A DNA stretch of 64,000 nucleotides, from positions 1,501-65,500 of the forward strand of contig JALEYW010000061.1 of NCBI GenBank assembly GCA_022773145.1. The letters are read 5' to 3'. Below the pieces are notes generated by a model. It searched no databases. It was not told where the DNA came from and saw only the letters and a program-made list of their open reading frames with translations. The translations under genes and the position numbers were made by a program. Below are positions 30,891 to 40,997 of this stretch, piece by piece (the first letter of the stretch is position 1; each line of letters starts with the position of its first letter). This DNA is from Bacteroidales bacterium. GTDB taxonomy: Bacteria > Bacteroidota > Bacteroidia > Bacteroidales > Bacteroidaceae.

Positions 30891-30981
30891 AGGGGTCAGG
30901 ATGCTTCGGGAAAGGCTGCGACACCTTGCGGCAGACAGGATGCCGGATGCCGCTGCCTTCCCCGAAGATATCTGACCCTTT
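30891..30981. terminator. Long imperfect hairpin between GH20 gene and queA
   Basis: aggggtcag..cttcgggaaaggc / gccttccccgaag..ctgacccttt. Confidence 0.5.
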
Positions 30982-30998
30982 CATTGGCAAAACAATTC

Positions 30999-32228
30999 AT
31001 GCTTGACCCGAAACATATCCGCATTGCGGACTACCAATATCCTTTACCCGACGAACGCATTGCCAAATACCCGAAAGCCGTGCGCGACGAGTCGAAACTG
31101 CTGCTTTACCGCCACGGCGAAATTGCCGAGGATGTGTTCCACCACTTGCCGCAATATATCCCGGCAGGCGAACTGATGGTGTTCAACAACACGAAGGTGA
31201 TTCAGGCGCGGCTGCATTTCCACAAAAGCACGGGGGCACTCATCGAGGTGTTCTGTCTGGAACCGCACACGCCCTTGGACTACCAGCAGAACTTTGCCAC
31301 CACACGTCAGGTGGCTTGGACGTGTCTGGTGGGCAACCTCAAGAAGTGGAAGGAGGGGAAGCTGGAAAGGGAAATCTGCGTGGGCGGAAAAACGCTGAAG
31401 CTGACGGCGGAGCGCAAGGGACTGAGCGGCACGGGCCACGAGGTGGTGTTCTGCTGGGACGACGAGGATGTCACTTTCTCGGAGGTGCTGGAGGCTATCG
31501 GCGAACTGCCTATCCCTCCCTACCTGAACCGCGCTACGGAGCCGGGCGACCTGCAAACGTACCAGACGGTGTACAGCAAGATCAAGGGGTCGGTGGCGGC
31601 TCCTACGGCGGGGTTGCACTTCACGGAGCGGGTGTTGCAGGCACTGGACGCGAAAGGGGTGGAACGCAACGAGATTACGCTACACGTGGGGGCGGGCACG
31701 TTCAAACCGGTGAAGAGCGAGGAAATAGGCGGACACGCCATGCACGCGGAATGGATTGCCGTGAGGCGCGAAAGCATCGAAAGGCTGCTGGCGCACGACG
31801 GACATTGCATTGCCGTGGGCACGACTTCGGTGCGCACGCTGGAGAGCTTATATTATATAGGTGTGATGATTGAAGCGCAGCCGGATGCCGTGCCGGACGA
31901 TTTGCAGGTGCCGCAATGGCTGCCTTACGAATATGCCGCCTCGGGCAAGAAGCCGCTCACGGCCCGCGAGTCGCTGGAACTGCTGCTGGACTACATGACG
32001 CGCCACGAACTGCCGGTGCTGCACACAGCCACACAGATTATCATCGCCCCGGGTTACGAGTACCACATCGTGCGCGGCATCGTGACGAACTTCCACCAGC
32101 CGCAAAGCACGTTGCTGCTCTTGGTGTCGGCCTTGGTGGGCAACGACTGGCGGCGCATCTACGATTACGCCTTGGGCCACGATTTCCGTTTCCTGAGCTA
32201 CGGCGACAGTTCACTGCTCCTGCCCTAA
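30999..32228 (+). CDS. queA: SAM:tRNA ribosyltransferase-isomerase
   Basis: VFNNTKVIQARL, YQTVY, GSVAAPTAGLHFT, TNFHQPQST and FLSYGD motifs. Confidence 0.96.
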   Translation: MLDPKHIRIADYQYPLPDERIAKYPKAVRDESKLLLYRHGEIAEDVFHHLPQYIPAGELMVFNNTKVIQARLHFHKSTGALIEVFCLEPHTPLDYQQNFATTRQVAWTCLVGNLKKWKEGKLEREICVGGKTLKLTAERKGLSGTGHEVVFCWDDEDVTFSEVLEAIGELPIPPYLNRATEPGDLQTYQTVYSKIKGSVAAPTAGLHFTERVLQALDAKGVERNEITLHVGAGTFKPVKSEEIGGHAMHAEWIAVRRESIERLLAHDGHCIAVGTTSVRTLESLYYIGVMIEAQPDAVPDDLQVPQWLPYEYAASGKKPLTARESLELLLDYMTRHELPVLHTATQIIIAPGYEYHIVRGIVTNFHQPQSTLLLLVSALVGNDWRRIYDYALGHDFRFLSYGDSSLLLP

Positions 32229-32294
32229 GCGGAGCGTTGTATTTTTCATCATTATTATCAACAAAAAGTCTGTCATTCCAAAAACTTACACTCC

Positions 32295-32813
32295 ATGCCT
32301 CAAGACAACCAAAACGAATTGCTTCCCTTGGTGGACGAACAGGGAAACGTCATAGGATGTGCCACACGCGGCGAATGCCATGGCGGCACCAAACCGCTGC
32401 ACCCGGTGGTTCACCTGCACGTGTTTAACCCGCAAGGTGAATTGTTCCTGCAACGCCGCCCTGACTGGAAGGATATCCAACCGGGCAAATGGGACACGGC
32501 TGTCGGAGGCCATGTGGATTGGGGCGAAACGGTAGAGGAGGCTTTGCAACGCGAGGTGCGCGAGGAGATTGGACTGACGGATTTTGTACCGGAAGCCATC
32601 ACGCGCTATGTGTTCGAGTCGGCACGTGAGCGGGAACTGGTCAACGTGTTCCGCACGGTGACCACGGCCACACCGCGCCCCTCAGCCGAACTCGACGGGG
32701 GAAGGTTTTTCAGCCGAGAGGAAATCATCGGACGGTTGGGCACGGGCTTTTTCTCGCCCAACTTTGAACGGGAGTGGAAAAGGCTGTTTCTTCATCCCCT
32801 AACAGAGGCATAA
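32295..32813 (+). CDS. NUDIX hydrolase (IDI-like)
   Basis: GGHVDWGETVEEALQREVREEIG Nudix box. Confidence 0.92.
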   Translation: MPQDNQNELLPLVDEQGNVIGCATRGECHGGTKPLHPVVHLHVFNPQGELFLQRRPDWKDIQPGKWDTAVGGHVDWGETVEEALQREVREEIGLTDFVPEAITRYVFESARERELVNVFRTVTTATPRPSAELDGGRFFSREEIIGRLGTGFFSPNFEREWKRLFLHPLTEA

Positions 32814-32832
32814 ATAATAGAGAATGAAATGC

Positions 32833-32940
32833 TTCTTCCACAAGTCCAGGAGTTTCTTCCACAAGTCCGGGAGTTGCTTTGTCTACTCCTGGACTTGTTT
32901 TGTCTACTCCAGGACTTGTGCGAAATAGTCGGCACCTTGT
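32833..32940. repeat. 21-bp period array (composite element copy 2)
   Basis: ttcttccacaagtccaggagt, ttcttccacaagtccgggagt, tgctttgtctactcctggact, tgttttgtctactccaggact, tgtgcgaaatagtcggcacct. Confidence 0.85.
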
Positions 32941-33032
32941 GAGGAATACCTCACGCCGCGCCCGGCCGGGCAGACGAAGCGGAATAATCACGCTGAAAAT
33001 AGCGCTAATTCAACTTTCGGATGTAAAGTTGA

Positions 33033-33158
33033 AGGTTATAAGGTTACGGTCGCTTTGCTCCCTGGGTTATGAGGTTATTATTTTACCATTTGAGTGGATG
33101 GTATTCAAGCGTTACAGTAGTAACTTTATAACCTTATAACCTTATCTCTCATAACCTC
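33033..33158. repeat. Family P palindromic element (empty-site version of 48312-48533)
   Basis: Core gatggtattcaagcgttacagtagtaactttataacc. Confidence 0.9.
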
Positions 33159-33200
33159 CGAAACTCAAAGCGCTAATCTGTTTGGTGAAGGCTCTCTTTA

Positions 33201-33554
33201 CGCGCGCGTATATACGTAATTTATTTCCCGAAAAAAGTATTCACCCATTCACACAATGCTCATTTCCTTCTGATTTTCAGCGGTTTCAGGTGTGAAGGCT
33301 TTGAATTCAAAGTGTTCACATGGGCAGCAAAGCCTTCACACGGACGGTGAACGCTTGTGAAGGGCGGAAAGTGTAAGCCTTCACACTGGAAACCCATTGG
33401 AAATCAGCAGAAAAACGGTAAAAACGCCACAGTGGAGGTGAATACTTTGAAATCAAAGCCTTCACACTCTAATCTCCTGAAAATCAGGCATAAAAAGCCT
33501 TCATGTGAAGGAGTGAATGCTTTTTTCGGGAAACAAAAAGCGTATAGAAGCGTG
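33201..33554. repeat. Family L large inverted-repeat element, copy 2
   Basis: Same arms as 13617-13947 plus an extra internal TGTGAA..TTCACA module. Confidence 0.85.
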
Positions 33555-33605
33555 TGAACCTTTTGGGAAATAGATGTTTTTCAACTATTGCTGTTCGGTA
33601 AAAGT

Positions 33606-33653
33606 TCAAGGCCGTCAGGCTTCCCCCCCATCGGGGCGCAGCCTGACGGCCTT
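33606..33653. terminator. GC-rich hairpin downstream of the esterase gene
   Basis: caaggccgtcaggct...agcctgacggccttg 15-bp stem. Confidence 0.65.
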
Positions 33654-33737
33654 GGGGGCTTAACTTGCTGAGGTTTCAATGTTTATCGGAATTCTTAAAC
33701 TTTTACCGGACACCCATATAATCAAATACAGGCAGAA

Positions 33738-34376
33738 TTATTGCCCCCACTGCATATAGTCAGGCAGAGGCTCTTGCCGCGCCTGCTCAAACCGCTCGCC
33801 GAACAAACGTGCGAGCAGCGGGAACAGCACCTTGCGGATGGTTTTATCGTTGAGGTTGTGGCCGCCCTCGAAACGCTCGGCATGGGTGTAATATTTGGTG
33901 AAGAGGGCGTAGGCATTGGCGGAATTGACAAAGGGGTCGTCTATGCCGAAAAGGCCGTAACACAGATCTTTGTCCTCGGGCGTGACTCCGTCAAACTGAT
34001 GCCGCTCCATCTGGTTGAACCGGCGGACGGTGTCCTGCGTCACCTTAAACTCTTTTTCATGATTGACACGGCCATTGAGCCATTTGTGCGTGCCGGTGTG
34101 GAAAGCCTTGCTGCGTGTGGACATATGGAAGGCCGGATTGACGCAGATGCGCAAATGGCCGTGCATCTGCTGGGCGTACATACCGCCCATGCTGGTGCCG
34201 ATGATGACATCGGGCTGCTCAGCAGTCACGAGTCCATGCAACATGGGCAGGGCTTCCTCGGGGTCTACAGGGATGTCGGGCGCAATGACCTGAGCCGAGG
34301 GTAACATTTTCCGAAGCAACTGCACCGTGCCCGAAGCGCCGGAAGAGGCGAAGCCGTGAAAGTATATGATTTTCAT
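33738..34376 (-). CDS. YqiA/YcfP (UPF0227) alpha/beta hydrolase
   Basis: YFHGFASS, GTSMGG, VNPA and GGH motifs. Confidence 0.9.
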   Translation of the reverse strand: MKIIYFHGFASSGASGTVQLLRKMLPSAQVIAPDIPVDPEEALPMLHGLVTAEQPDVIIGTSMGGMYAQQMHGHLRICVNPAFHMSTRSKAFHTGTHKWLNGRVNHEKEFKVTQDTVRRFNQMERHQFDGVTPEDKDLCYGLFGIDDPFVNSANAYALFTKYYTHAERFEGGHNLNDKTIRKVLFPLLARLFGERFEQARQEPLPDYMQWGQ

Positions 34377-34379
34377 CAG

Positions 34380-34487
34380 ACTATTAACTATGAAACTTAA
34401 ACTCTAAGCTTTAAACTTTAAACTATAAACCTTAGACTATAGACTTTAAACTATAAACTTTAGACTATAAACTTTAGACTCCAAACC
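34380..34487. repeat. Degenerate 7-mer tandem tract (AAACTTT/AGACTAT)
   Basis: Heptamer units fill the whole intergenic gap. Confidence 0.8.
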
Positions 34488-34489
34488 TT

Positions 34490-35440
34490 TCAGAACCCAT
34501 AGGGATTCATGCTGCGATAGCGCGCATTCATTTGGTTTTCCACATTCGTGTATTCGCCGTCCAACTCGGCCGCCTTTTCGGGAGCCAGCTCCAAGGAGCG
34601 TTTCAAGTCGTCGGCAGCTCCCAAATCGTCCTTCAAGTGGTGGCGTACCCCACCCCGTGCCTTGTAAGCTCCGGCAAAGTCGGGTTGCAAATCTATCGCT
34701 TCGTCGTAGAGCGCGAGTGCCTTGTCCCAATGTGCCGCCTGTTCGTACAATGCCCCCAATGCCAGCACGGCTTCTTGGTTGAAGGGATTGAGAGCACGCA
34801 ACTGTTCCCAGACAGCCGTAGCCTCTTCCACCTTTCCCAAAGCCGTCAGGGCCTCGGCGTGGAGCTGGATAAAAGCCTCGTTCTCCCCATCGGCGGCCAA
34901 CAACACTTCTGTATCTGGCAACACCTCGTTCCACTGACCCATGTCGGCCAAGATGCGGGCACGCAGCAGGCGGGGTGCCTGATAGTCATCGCGCAGAGCC
35001 AAACTTTGCGTCAGGTGGGCAATGGCCTCGAAGGGAGCATCCAGTCCGTAGTCGGCTTCGGCGGCCAGGAAAAGCACACGGGGGTCGTCGGGCATCTCGT
35101 CCAACAAGGCGCGGCAGGTGGCACGCTGATCGGCCCAGAGTTCCAGATGACCCTGCGTCTCGGCCAGCAGCAGTTTCACGTCGGTCGTTGCCTCAGGCAC
35201 GACGGCCAGCTCTTCCAATCGGGGCAGTGCTTTGTCATATTGCTGCATCCGCAAATAGACTTCAGCCAAGAAACCAATGGCTTTCAAATCGTGACGAAGG
35301 TCCAAGGCGGCAAGCAGGCATTTCTCTGCATAGGGCAGCTCACCGATTTGCATGGCACGGACACCGTCGTCGCGCAGTGTCTCGAACTTGACTGTTTCCG
35401 TCGGCTTGGACTTGCCGAACAAAGAAGAGAATAGGCTCAT
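34490..35440 (-). CDS. Tetratricopeptide repeat protein
   Basis: Repeated TPR helices (e.g. ALALYDEAIDLQPDFAGAYKARG). Confidence 0.88.
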   Translation of the reverse strand: MSLFSSLFGKSKPTETVKFETLRDDGVRAMQIGELPYAEKCLLAALDLRHDLKAIGFLAEVYLRMQQYDKALPRLEELAVVPEATTDVKLLLAETQGHLELWADQRATCRALLDEMPDDPRVLFLAAEADYGLDAPFEAIAHLTQSLALRDDYQAPRLLRARILADMGQWNEVLPDTEVLLAADGENEAFIQLHAEALTALGKVEEATAVWEQLRALNPFNQEAVLALGALYEQAAHWDKALALYDEAIDLQPDFAGAYKARGGVRHHLKDDLGAADDLKRSLELAPEKAAELDGEYTNVENQMNARYRSMNPYGF

Positions 35441-35467
35441 GGGAAGGAGGGGATATTAGTTGAGAGT

Positions 35468-36019
35468 TTATTGTTGAGAGTTTAAAGGCTTCCTGAAGAA
35501 GCTGAAGTTGACGCTGCCGTAGGCGCGGTGTTCCACGAAACAGGGATGGTTGTCGAAGCGGTGGTTCTTGCCATGTTCCAACACGAACAGGCCGCCGCCC
35601 GCCAACAGCCGGCTTTCTAATACGCGCTGTGGCATCTCGGGTAGCTCGGGCAAGGCATAAGGAGGGTCGGCAAAGACCAAATCAAAACTTTCGCCACAAC
35701 GTTCCACGAACTTCAGTACATCGCCGCAAAGAGGCTGCCAGGCCTCATCGCCCAGCTTCTTGCAGCATTGTTCGATAAAGGAATAATGTCGGCGGTCTTT
35801 CTCCACCGTCACCACTCGCCGGCAACCGCGCGACAGCAGTTCCAAAGAGATGCTACCCGTGCCGCCAAAGAGGTCGAGGGCACTGACTTCTTCAAAGTCC
35901 ATATAGGCCCGCAAAACATTGAATAGATTTTCCTTGGCAAAATCAGTGGTGGGCCGGGCCTTAAACCAACGAGGCACATCGAAATGGCGGCCTTTGTATA
36001 TTCCGGTTATAATGCGCAT
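35468..36019 (-). CDS. rsmD: 16S rRNA m2G966 methyltransferase
   Basis: MRIITG...RPTTDFAKENLFN, LDLFGGTG and FADPPY motifs. Confidence 0.92.
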   Translation of the reverse strand: MRIITGIYKGRHFDVPRWFKARPTTDFAKENLFNVLRAYMDFEEVSALDLFGGTGSISLELLSRGCRRVVTVEKDRRHYSFIEQCCKKLGDEAWQPLCGDVLKFVERCGESFDLVFADPPYALPELPEMPQRVLESRLLAGGGLFVLEHGKNHRFDNHPCFVEHRAYGSVNFSFFRKPLNSQQ

Positions 36020-36035
36020 AAATAGAAATCTTTGT

Positions 36036-36833
36036 TTAATGTTGGGCACTGCGCTTCAGCAAATGGCACATGAGGTCATAAGGCACTTCCTCGGTAGTGG
36101 CCACGACATGACGGTTGAAATCGGCAGCAGGATTGATAGCATACACCTCTGAGGCATAGTGTTGCATATTGTCCACCACAGGATCGCGCAAGGCTGCCTC
36201 ACCGGCTACATAGATGGGTTGACCGGCCGGCTCAAATCCTAAATGACGCACCATATTAAAGGTATAGTAGCACACGTCAGTTGGGGCTTGCACGCTGTAC
36301 GTGTTAAGCATCAACAGCCGATAACCTTCAAGCATAACCACATCAGACACACCGTCGTGTATATACACGAAAAGGCGGCGTCCGCCGGTGGCGGCTAAAC
36401 CTTTTCCAGCAAAGACATGAACGACAGAAGCCAAAGTTGTGGTGTAACGCACCCGGCCCAGGAAGGCTTCGTCGAGGGTACGGCAAGTGGCTTCGGGAAG
36501 AGAAAAGAGAAACACAGCATTGACCGCCGGCACCGTGTCATAAAAAACACGCAAGGGGCCTTTCTTCTCGAAACAGGCGTGATAGAGGGCTTCGGCATCT
36601 TCTTCCTGGAAAACGGCCAAGGGCACGGGCGTTACCGGTGCTTCGACCAGCACTTCCACGCGGTCGGTGGGCATATTCAGCAAATCAACATGCTGCATCG
36701 CACTGCGCAGGTTGACGGTCAAGGAGGCTTGCGGCGTGACGCGATAGGGCTCGAAATGAAAGTCGGAAGCGGCAACGGCCTCGTAACGGGCAAAACACAA
36801 ATCTGTGTCGGATATGCGTATATATAAACTCAC
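36036..36833 (-). CDS. DUF3822 family protein
   Basis: 265 aa; usual Bacteroidetes neighbour upstream of rsmD; TPVPL and DVCYY motifs. Confidence 0.78.
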   Translation of the reverse strand: MSLYIRISDTDLCFARYEAVAASDFHFEPYRVTPQASLTVNLRSAMQHVDLLNMPTDRVEVLVEAPVTPVPLAVFQEEDAEALYHACFEKKGPLRVFYDTVPAVNAVFLFSLPEATCRTLDEAFLGRVRYTTTLASVVHVFAGKGLAATGGRRLFVYIHDGVSDVVMLEGYRLLMLNTYSVQAPTDVCYYTFNMVRHLGFEPAGQPIYVAGEAALRDPVVDNMQHYASEVYAINPAADFNRHVVATTEEVPYDLMCHLLKRSAQH

Positions 36834-36904
36834 TGCTATCTGATAGGTTTCTGAAAGATGGTGGTATTAAAGGGGTGTTCTATAAATTTGGTTAGGAAAC
36901 ACCC

Positions 36905-37288
36905 CTAAAGAGATCGGCGGGAATGGAACTTCTGCCAAAGGAAGTGGAGCAGGCAGGCCAGGCAAACGCCGAAGGAGTTGGCGGCAAAATCGTACCAATC
37001 GCCGCTGCGGCAAGTGGTAAGATGCTCTTGGCACAACTCCACCAAACCGCTCATCAATATGGGGAACAATACTCCCCAAGCGAACTGTGCCCACTTGGAG
37101 AGCCGGACACGATGCCAATAACACTCAGTCCAAAACACGGAACAAGTGCCCAAATACATCAGGACATGGACTATCTTGTCGAAGCCCTCCACATTATCAA
37201 AAGGAGATCTTGGCGGTTTGAAGAGGCAAAGATACCATATCAAAGCCACACAGAAAAGGGTTAAGGGGAACTGACGAAGAAAAGACAT
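36905..37288 (-). CDS. VanZ family membrane protein
   Basis: FDKIVH, VELCQ and RSGDWYDFAANSFG motifs. Confidence 0.88.
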   Translation of the reverse strand: MSFLRQFPLTLFCVALIWYLCLFKPPRSPFDNVEGFDKIVHVLMYLGTCSVFWTECYWHRVRLSKWAQFAWGVLFPILMSGLVELCQEHLTTCRSGDWYDFAANSFGVCLACLLHFLWQKFHSRRSL

Positions 37289-37291
37289 GAT

Positions 37292-37468
37292 TTACCAGAA
37301 TTTGTTTTGTGCCGGATTGTACTCAAAACCAACCTGTGCTAACCGGGCTTCCAATTGTTGTCGGTCAACCTGCATATCGTCGCACAGAGCTTCAAGCGAG
37401 GCATACTCATCGCGTAACTTCGTATTGATTACACTGAAGAGCATCATGGGGTCTGAAGGTAAGGACAT
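37292..37468 (-). CDS. DUF4250 family small protein (58 aa, not in ORF track)
   Basis: MSLPSDPMMLFSVINTKLRDEYASLEALCDDMQVDRQQLEARLAQVGFEYSPAQNKFW*. Confidence 0.85.
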   Translation of the reverse strand: MSLPSDPMMLFSVINTKLRDEYASLEALCDDMQVDRQQLEARLAQVGFEYNPAQNKFW

Positions 37469-37598
37469 GGAGCTAAACTATAATATAGGAGTTAAGGATT
37501 ATGAGGGCTTGGTTAGATATGAACTATGATATGAATAATCCGTGAGCGCAGCTTGGCTACGCCCACGGGAATTCAATTCGTTATTGTTCAGTGTTCAT

Positions 37599-40500
37599 CT
37601 ACGGCACCAAAATCTTTTGGCCGTTGAGCAAGTAAACGCCTTGTGAAAGCGGCAGATTGACATTGCCCTGCAACGATGCGGCGTATATGCTTCGGCCGGC
37701 TGCATCAGTAATGTGCACAAACTGTTCCTGCGCTGCTACTACGCGCAAACGGCCCGGCGAAACATAATAGTCGAGCAACGACTCGTCGGTGCGGAGGGAG
37801 GAAATGCCTGTCTGTTCGTCGGTCTGATAAACGCGCACCCAGTCGAAGAGGGTTTCGTACACAAATCCAAGGTCGGGAGCGGAAGCCCAGCTGCCGTTAC
37901 CCACGCTCTGGTTGAGTATGAGATAGAAATCCTTGTCGAAAGGCCACTGACCGTTGTTCAGCGCATAGCTGCTGGTGGCTTTGGCATAGGAGAACACCTG
38001 CTTGCCGTCCACATACCAAATGAGTTTCGTAGGCAACCACTCCAAACCGAAGGTGTGGTATTGTCCGTTGGTGCAGGCGGCTGTCCCTGACTTCTGGGGA
38101 TTGCCGCTCTGGCCCATACACTCGCTGCCGTCGGCCGTGGAGTTGGCCCAGCGGGTGTGGATGGTGTGCCACGAGGTGTTGTCGGCATTGATCTGCTCCC
38201 AGATGTCGATTTCACCGGCGTAGGGCCAGCCGGCTGAATTGTCCTGCGGCATCATCCAGAAGGCGGGGAAGTTGCCGGAATGGGGCAAGGTTTTCAAACG
38301 TCCCTCCACCTTGCCGTAGGTGAAGTGAACTTTGGAAGAACTCTCAATGGCACCACTGATCATGTCCATGCGGTTGCCCTGCGAATTGATTTCGTCATCA
38401 AAGGGGTTAGCTAAGCAGCGCATCACCAGCTTACCGTCCTCCATGTAACCCGTCATCCGCTGTCCGGCCTCGGTCTGCGCCGTGAAGCGTTTCCAAGCCG
38501 GGGTCTGGTTGGAGCAGCGTGTCCAGAAACGCTCATCGGGCATCGTGCCGTCCGGTTCGTTGAACTCGTCGCCGAAGAGCAGTTTGTATTCCTCCGTGCC
38601 GTTGGGCTGGAAGTTCACGGTTACACGCACCTCGCCGTTGACGCTGTCGGCAGGCAGGGTGTAGGCGGCACAGGCCGTCTGGAACTCGCTCCACTGGCGG
38701 TTGCCACGGATATATTGTTCGCCGTCCAAGTTATGGCCGTGGCGCACGATGATGGCCTCAGCCTCATAACCCGAAGCAGCAGCCACAGGAAGCAGTCCCA
38801 GCGACCGGCCGAACGATACGGTGGCCGGCAGTCCGGTATTGCCCGAACCTACCACCGAACCGTGGGTTGTCAGCACGTCGAGCTTCGACTCCACGGGGTG
38901 TACGTTAAGCAGGAAGTCCACCACATAGCCGCCGTTGGCATCAATCTGGTTGTCGCCAGCCCCGCCGTTCTCTTTCCATTGGCCTGCCGGGTCAATGTTG
39001 GCCCAGTCAATTTTGAGACGTGCGCGATAGTTACCGGCAGGCAGGTCTGCCGGCACCGTAAAAACCGGCGGGTTCAACCCGGCGTTGCCACCCGTTTTCG
39101 CTTCGCCCAGGCTATTCTTGTTCTGATAAAAGGTAAAGGAAACGAGTTCGCTACCTTCATCGGGCACACCGGCATCGGTGAGCTGTGCGTCGAAACGTCC
39201 GTCCTGGTTATAGTCCACATACAGGTAGCCGTGCATGGAGTTACCCTGATAGCTGACGGTGGTGGTCACCTGGTCGCCGGGCACCACGGACACCTCATTG
39301 TCCAGCATCTTGCGATACACCTTGTTGGGCGAAGCTGCCAGCGTCACCACGCTCTCGCCACCCTGTGTGGCATTCATCGTGAAAGAGTTGAGCTTGCGGT
39401 CGGAGCGGCTGATGGTCAGGTCCTCGCTGAAGTTAAGCACATAGTCGTCAGAAGTCTGTCCGTCGTCGCTGCTGAAGTAAGGTATCACGATGACATCGCC
39501 GTCAATATACTTAGCCGGGATGGTGCAGGTGTTGTCATTGAAGAGATAGGAAGGAATGCGCGTGTCAACATACTGCGGGGTGTCGTACACCAAGCTGTCG
39601 CCATCAAGGTTGAAACCGTGGCGCAGGATGAGGTGGGAGAACTTGAAGCCCGGAGCCGGCTGCACCTTCAGGGTATAGGGCTGGCCGAAGGGGATGGTCT
39701 CCTGCGTGAACTCACTGCCGTCGGCCTTGAGCACATCACCGTTCAAGCCGCCGCCGTTGGGGCGTGTGCCACGCGAAATGGTCACGTTGTCCTCATGCAC
39801 CACCAAGCGGGTGTCGACAATCGCACCGCCGTTGTCCACGATGCTCTGCACCGTGCTGCCGCCGGGTTCCACGTCGTCCCAGTCCACTTTGTAGCGCATA
39901 CGGTACACACCGGGCTGGAGGTCGGCGGGCACGGTAAAGGCCGGCGGATTGACACCGGGATTGTTGCCAGAGGAGGCACCGGTGCTGTTCTTGCCGTTGA
40001 AGTAGGAGTAGGCCATGAGGTCCTTGTCCTCTGTCAGGTTCTTGTCGGCATCGTAGGCCACGTCATACTTGCCGTTGCGGTCCACGTCCAGGTAAACATA
40101 GCCGTGCATCCAATTACCGTTCCAGCTGAAGGCCGGAGTAACGCGCTCGCCGGCTTTGGCGGCAAAGGCCTGGTCCAACCGCTTGATGTACAGCAACTTC
40201 TCCGAATTCTGGTTCACGTCAATGGTCTGTGCCGTGCCTCCCGAAACGGTCAGGGAAATTTGGTTCAGGTAGCGGTTGTTGCTGGTCGTAGCCTGTGCCT
40301 CATCATAGTTGATGGGATAATAGGCGGTGGTGAAACGCGGCGTGGCCACATTGCTGAGTTCGATATCGTCGATATAGAAGAGGAAATCGTCCGTGCGATT
40401 GTGCGGCGACTCCAGTTCGGGCACCACCAGCAGGTTGTGGATGTCGATACCGTCGGCACCGCTCACGGCGAACACGGCATCGAACCACTTGCCGGGCGTT

Positions 40501-40976
40501 ACCTTGCTCGTGGAGGTTACCCAGAACTGTTCGGTGGTGACGGGTTGCCACGGACGGTCAGTGCGCCTTCCCATACCGATGAGCATCACGCGGCTGTCGG
40601 TGGGGGTCAGCATTTTCACATGAACATACTGCGTCTGGCGGGTCAGTGCGAAAGGCTCTTTGAGCGTCACCATCGCTCCGAAGGTGTTGCTGCCGAAGCG
40701 GGAACGCTGTGCGCCGAGCACATTGGCCGAACCGTTGGGTGCGAAGCCCAGGATGGGGTCTTCAGCGGCATCGGGGTTGGCCGTCACCGCCGCGTTGCCC
40801 TTCCCCTCCAGCTGTCCGCCGGCACGGAAGGGTGAGTTTTCCCAAGTATCGTAAATCCCTACAGCCTTGTAGCTGTCGGCTGTTTCAAAGTCGCAAAGTG
40901 TCTGAGCCTGGCAAGGGGCAGCCCAAGAAGCCGGCAGCAGCAGGCCCAGCAAGGAGATATAGCGGGTATATTTCAT
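37599..40976 (-). CDS. GH16 glycoside hydrolase with two GEVED-like domains and T9SS-like tail
   Basis: PAFWMM, WPYAGEIDIWE catalytic motif; two MHGY(V/L)Y(L/V)D...YR(M/A)R.K.DW repeats; signal peptide. Confidence 0.88.
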   Translation of the reverse strand: MKYTRYISLLGLLLPASWAAPCQAQTLCDFETADSYKAVGIYDTWENSPFRAGGQLEGKGNAAVTANPDAAEDPILGFAPNGSANVLGAQRSRFGSNTFGAMVTLKEPFALTRQTQYVHVKMLTPTDSRVMLIGMGRRTDRPWQPVTTEQFWVTSTSKVTPGKWFDAVFAVSGADGIDIHNLLVVPELESPHNRTDDFLFYIDDIELSNVATPRFTTAYYPINYDEAQATTSNNRYLNQISLTVSGGTAQTIDVNQNSEKLLYIKRLDQAFAAKAGERVTPAFSWNGNWMHGYVYLDVDRNGKYDVAYDADKNLTEDKDLMAYSYFNGKNSTGASSGNNPGVNPPAFTVPADLQPGVYRMRYKVDWDDVEPGGSTVQSIVDNGGAIVDTRLVVHEDNVTISRGTRPNGGGLNGDVLKADGSEFTQETIPFGQPYTLKVQPAPGFKFSHLILRHGFNLDGDSLVYDTPQYVDTRIPSYLFNDNTCTIPAKYIDGDVIVIPYFSSDDGQTSDDYVLNFSEDLTISRSDRKLNSFTMNATQGGESVVTLAASPNKVYRKMLDNEVSVVPGDQVTTTVSYQGNSMHGYLYVDYNQDGRFDAQLTDAGVPDEGSELVSFTFYQNKNSLGEAKTGGNAGLNPPVFTVPADLPAGNYRARLKIDWANIDPAGQWKENGGAGDNQIDANGGYVVDFLLNVHPVESKLDVLTTHGSVVGSGNTGLPATVSFGRSLGLLPVAAASGYEAEAIIVRHGHNLDGEQYIRGNRQWSEFQTACAAYTLPADSVNGEVRVTVNFQPNGTEEYKLLFGDEFNEPDGTMPDERFWTRCSNQTPAWKRFTAQTEAGQRMTGYMEDGKLVMRCLANPFDDEINSQGNRMDMISGAIESSSKVHFTYGKVEGRLKTLPHSGNFPAFWMMPQDNSAGWPYAGEIDIWEQINADNTSWHTIHTRWANSTADGSECMGQSGNPQKSGTAACTNGQYHTFGLEWLPTKLIWYVDGKQVFSYAKATSSYALNNGQWPFDKDFYLILNQSVGNGSWASAPDLGFVYETLFDWVRVYQTDEQTGISSLRTDESLLDYYVSPGRLRVVAAQEQFVHITDAAGRSIYAASLQGNVNLPLSQGVYLLNGQKILVP

Positions 40977-40997
40977 GATGTGGAGTGCAAAGGAAGG

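Noticed and set aside
30874-30998. preQ1 riboswitch upstream of queA
   Set aside because: Only a long hairpin is visible; I could not recognise a preQ1 aptamer. An Rfam scan would settle it.
32833-32940. CRISPR array interpretation of the 21-bp repeats (also 13399 and 46600)
   Set aside because: Units are contiguous with no unique spacers of about 30 bp, and there are no cas genes in the window.
32725-33139. Heptad-repeat ORFs (TSPGVDK..., TRRVEEA...) over the arrays here and at 46456-46797
   Set aside because: They are by-products of a 21-bp period, open on both strands, with no shared start or stop between copies.
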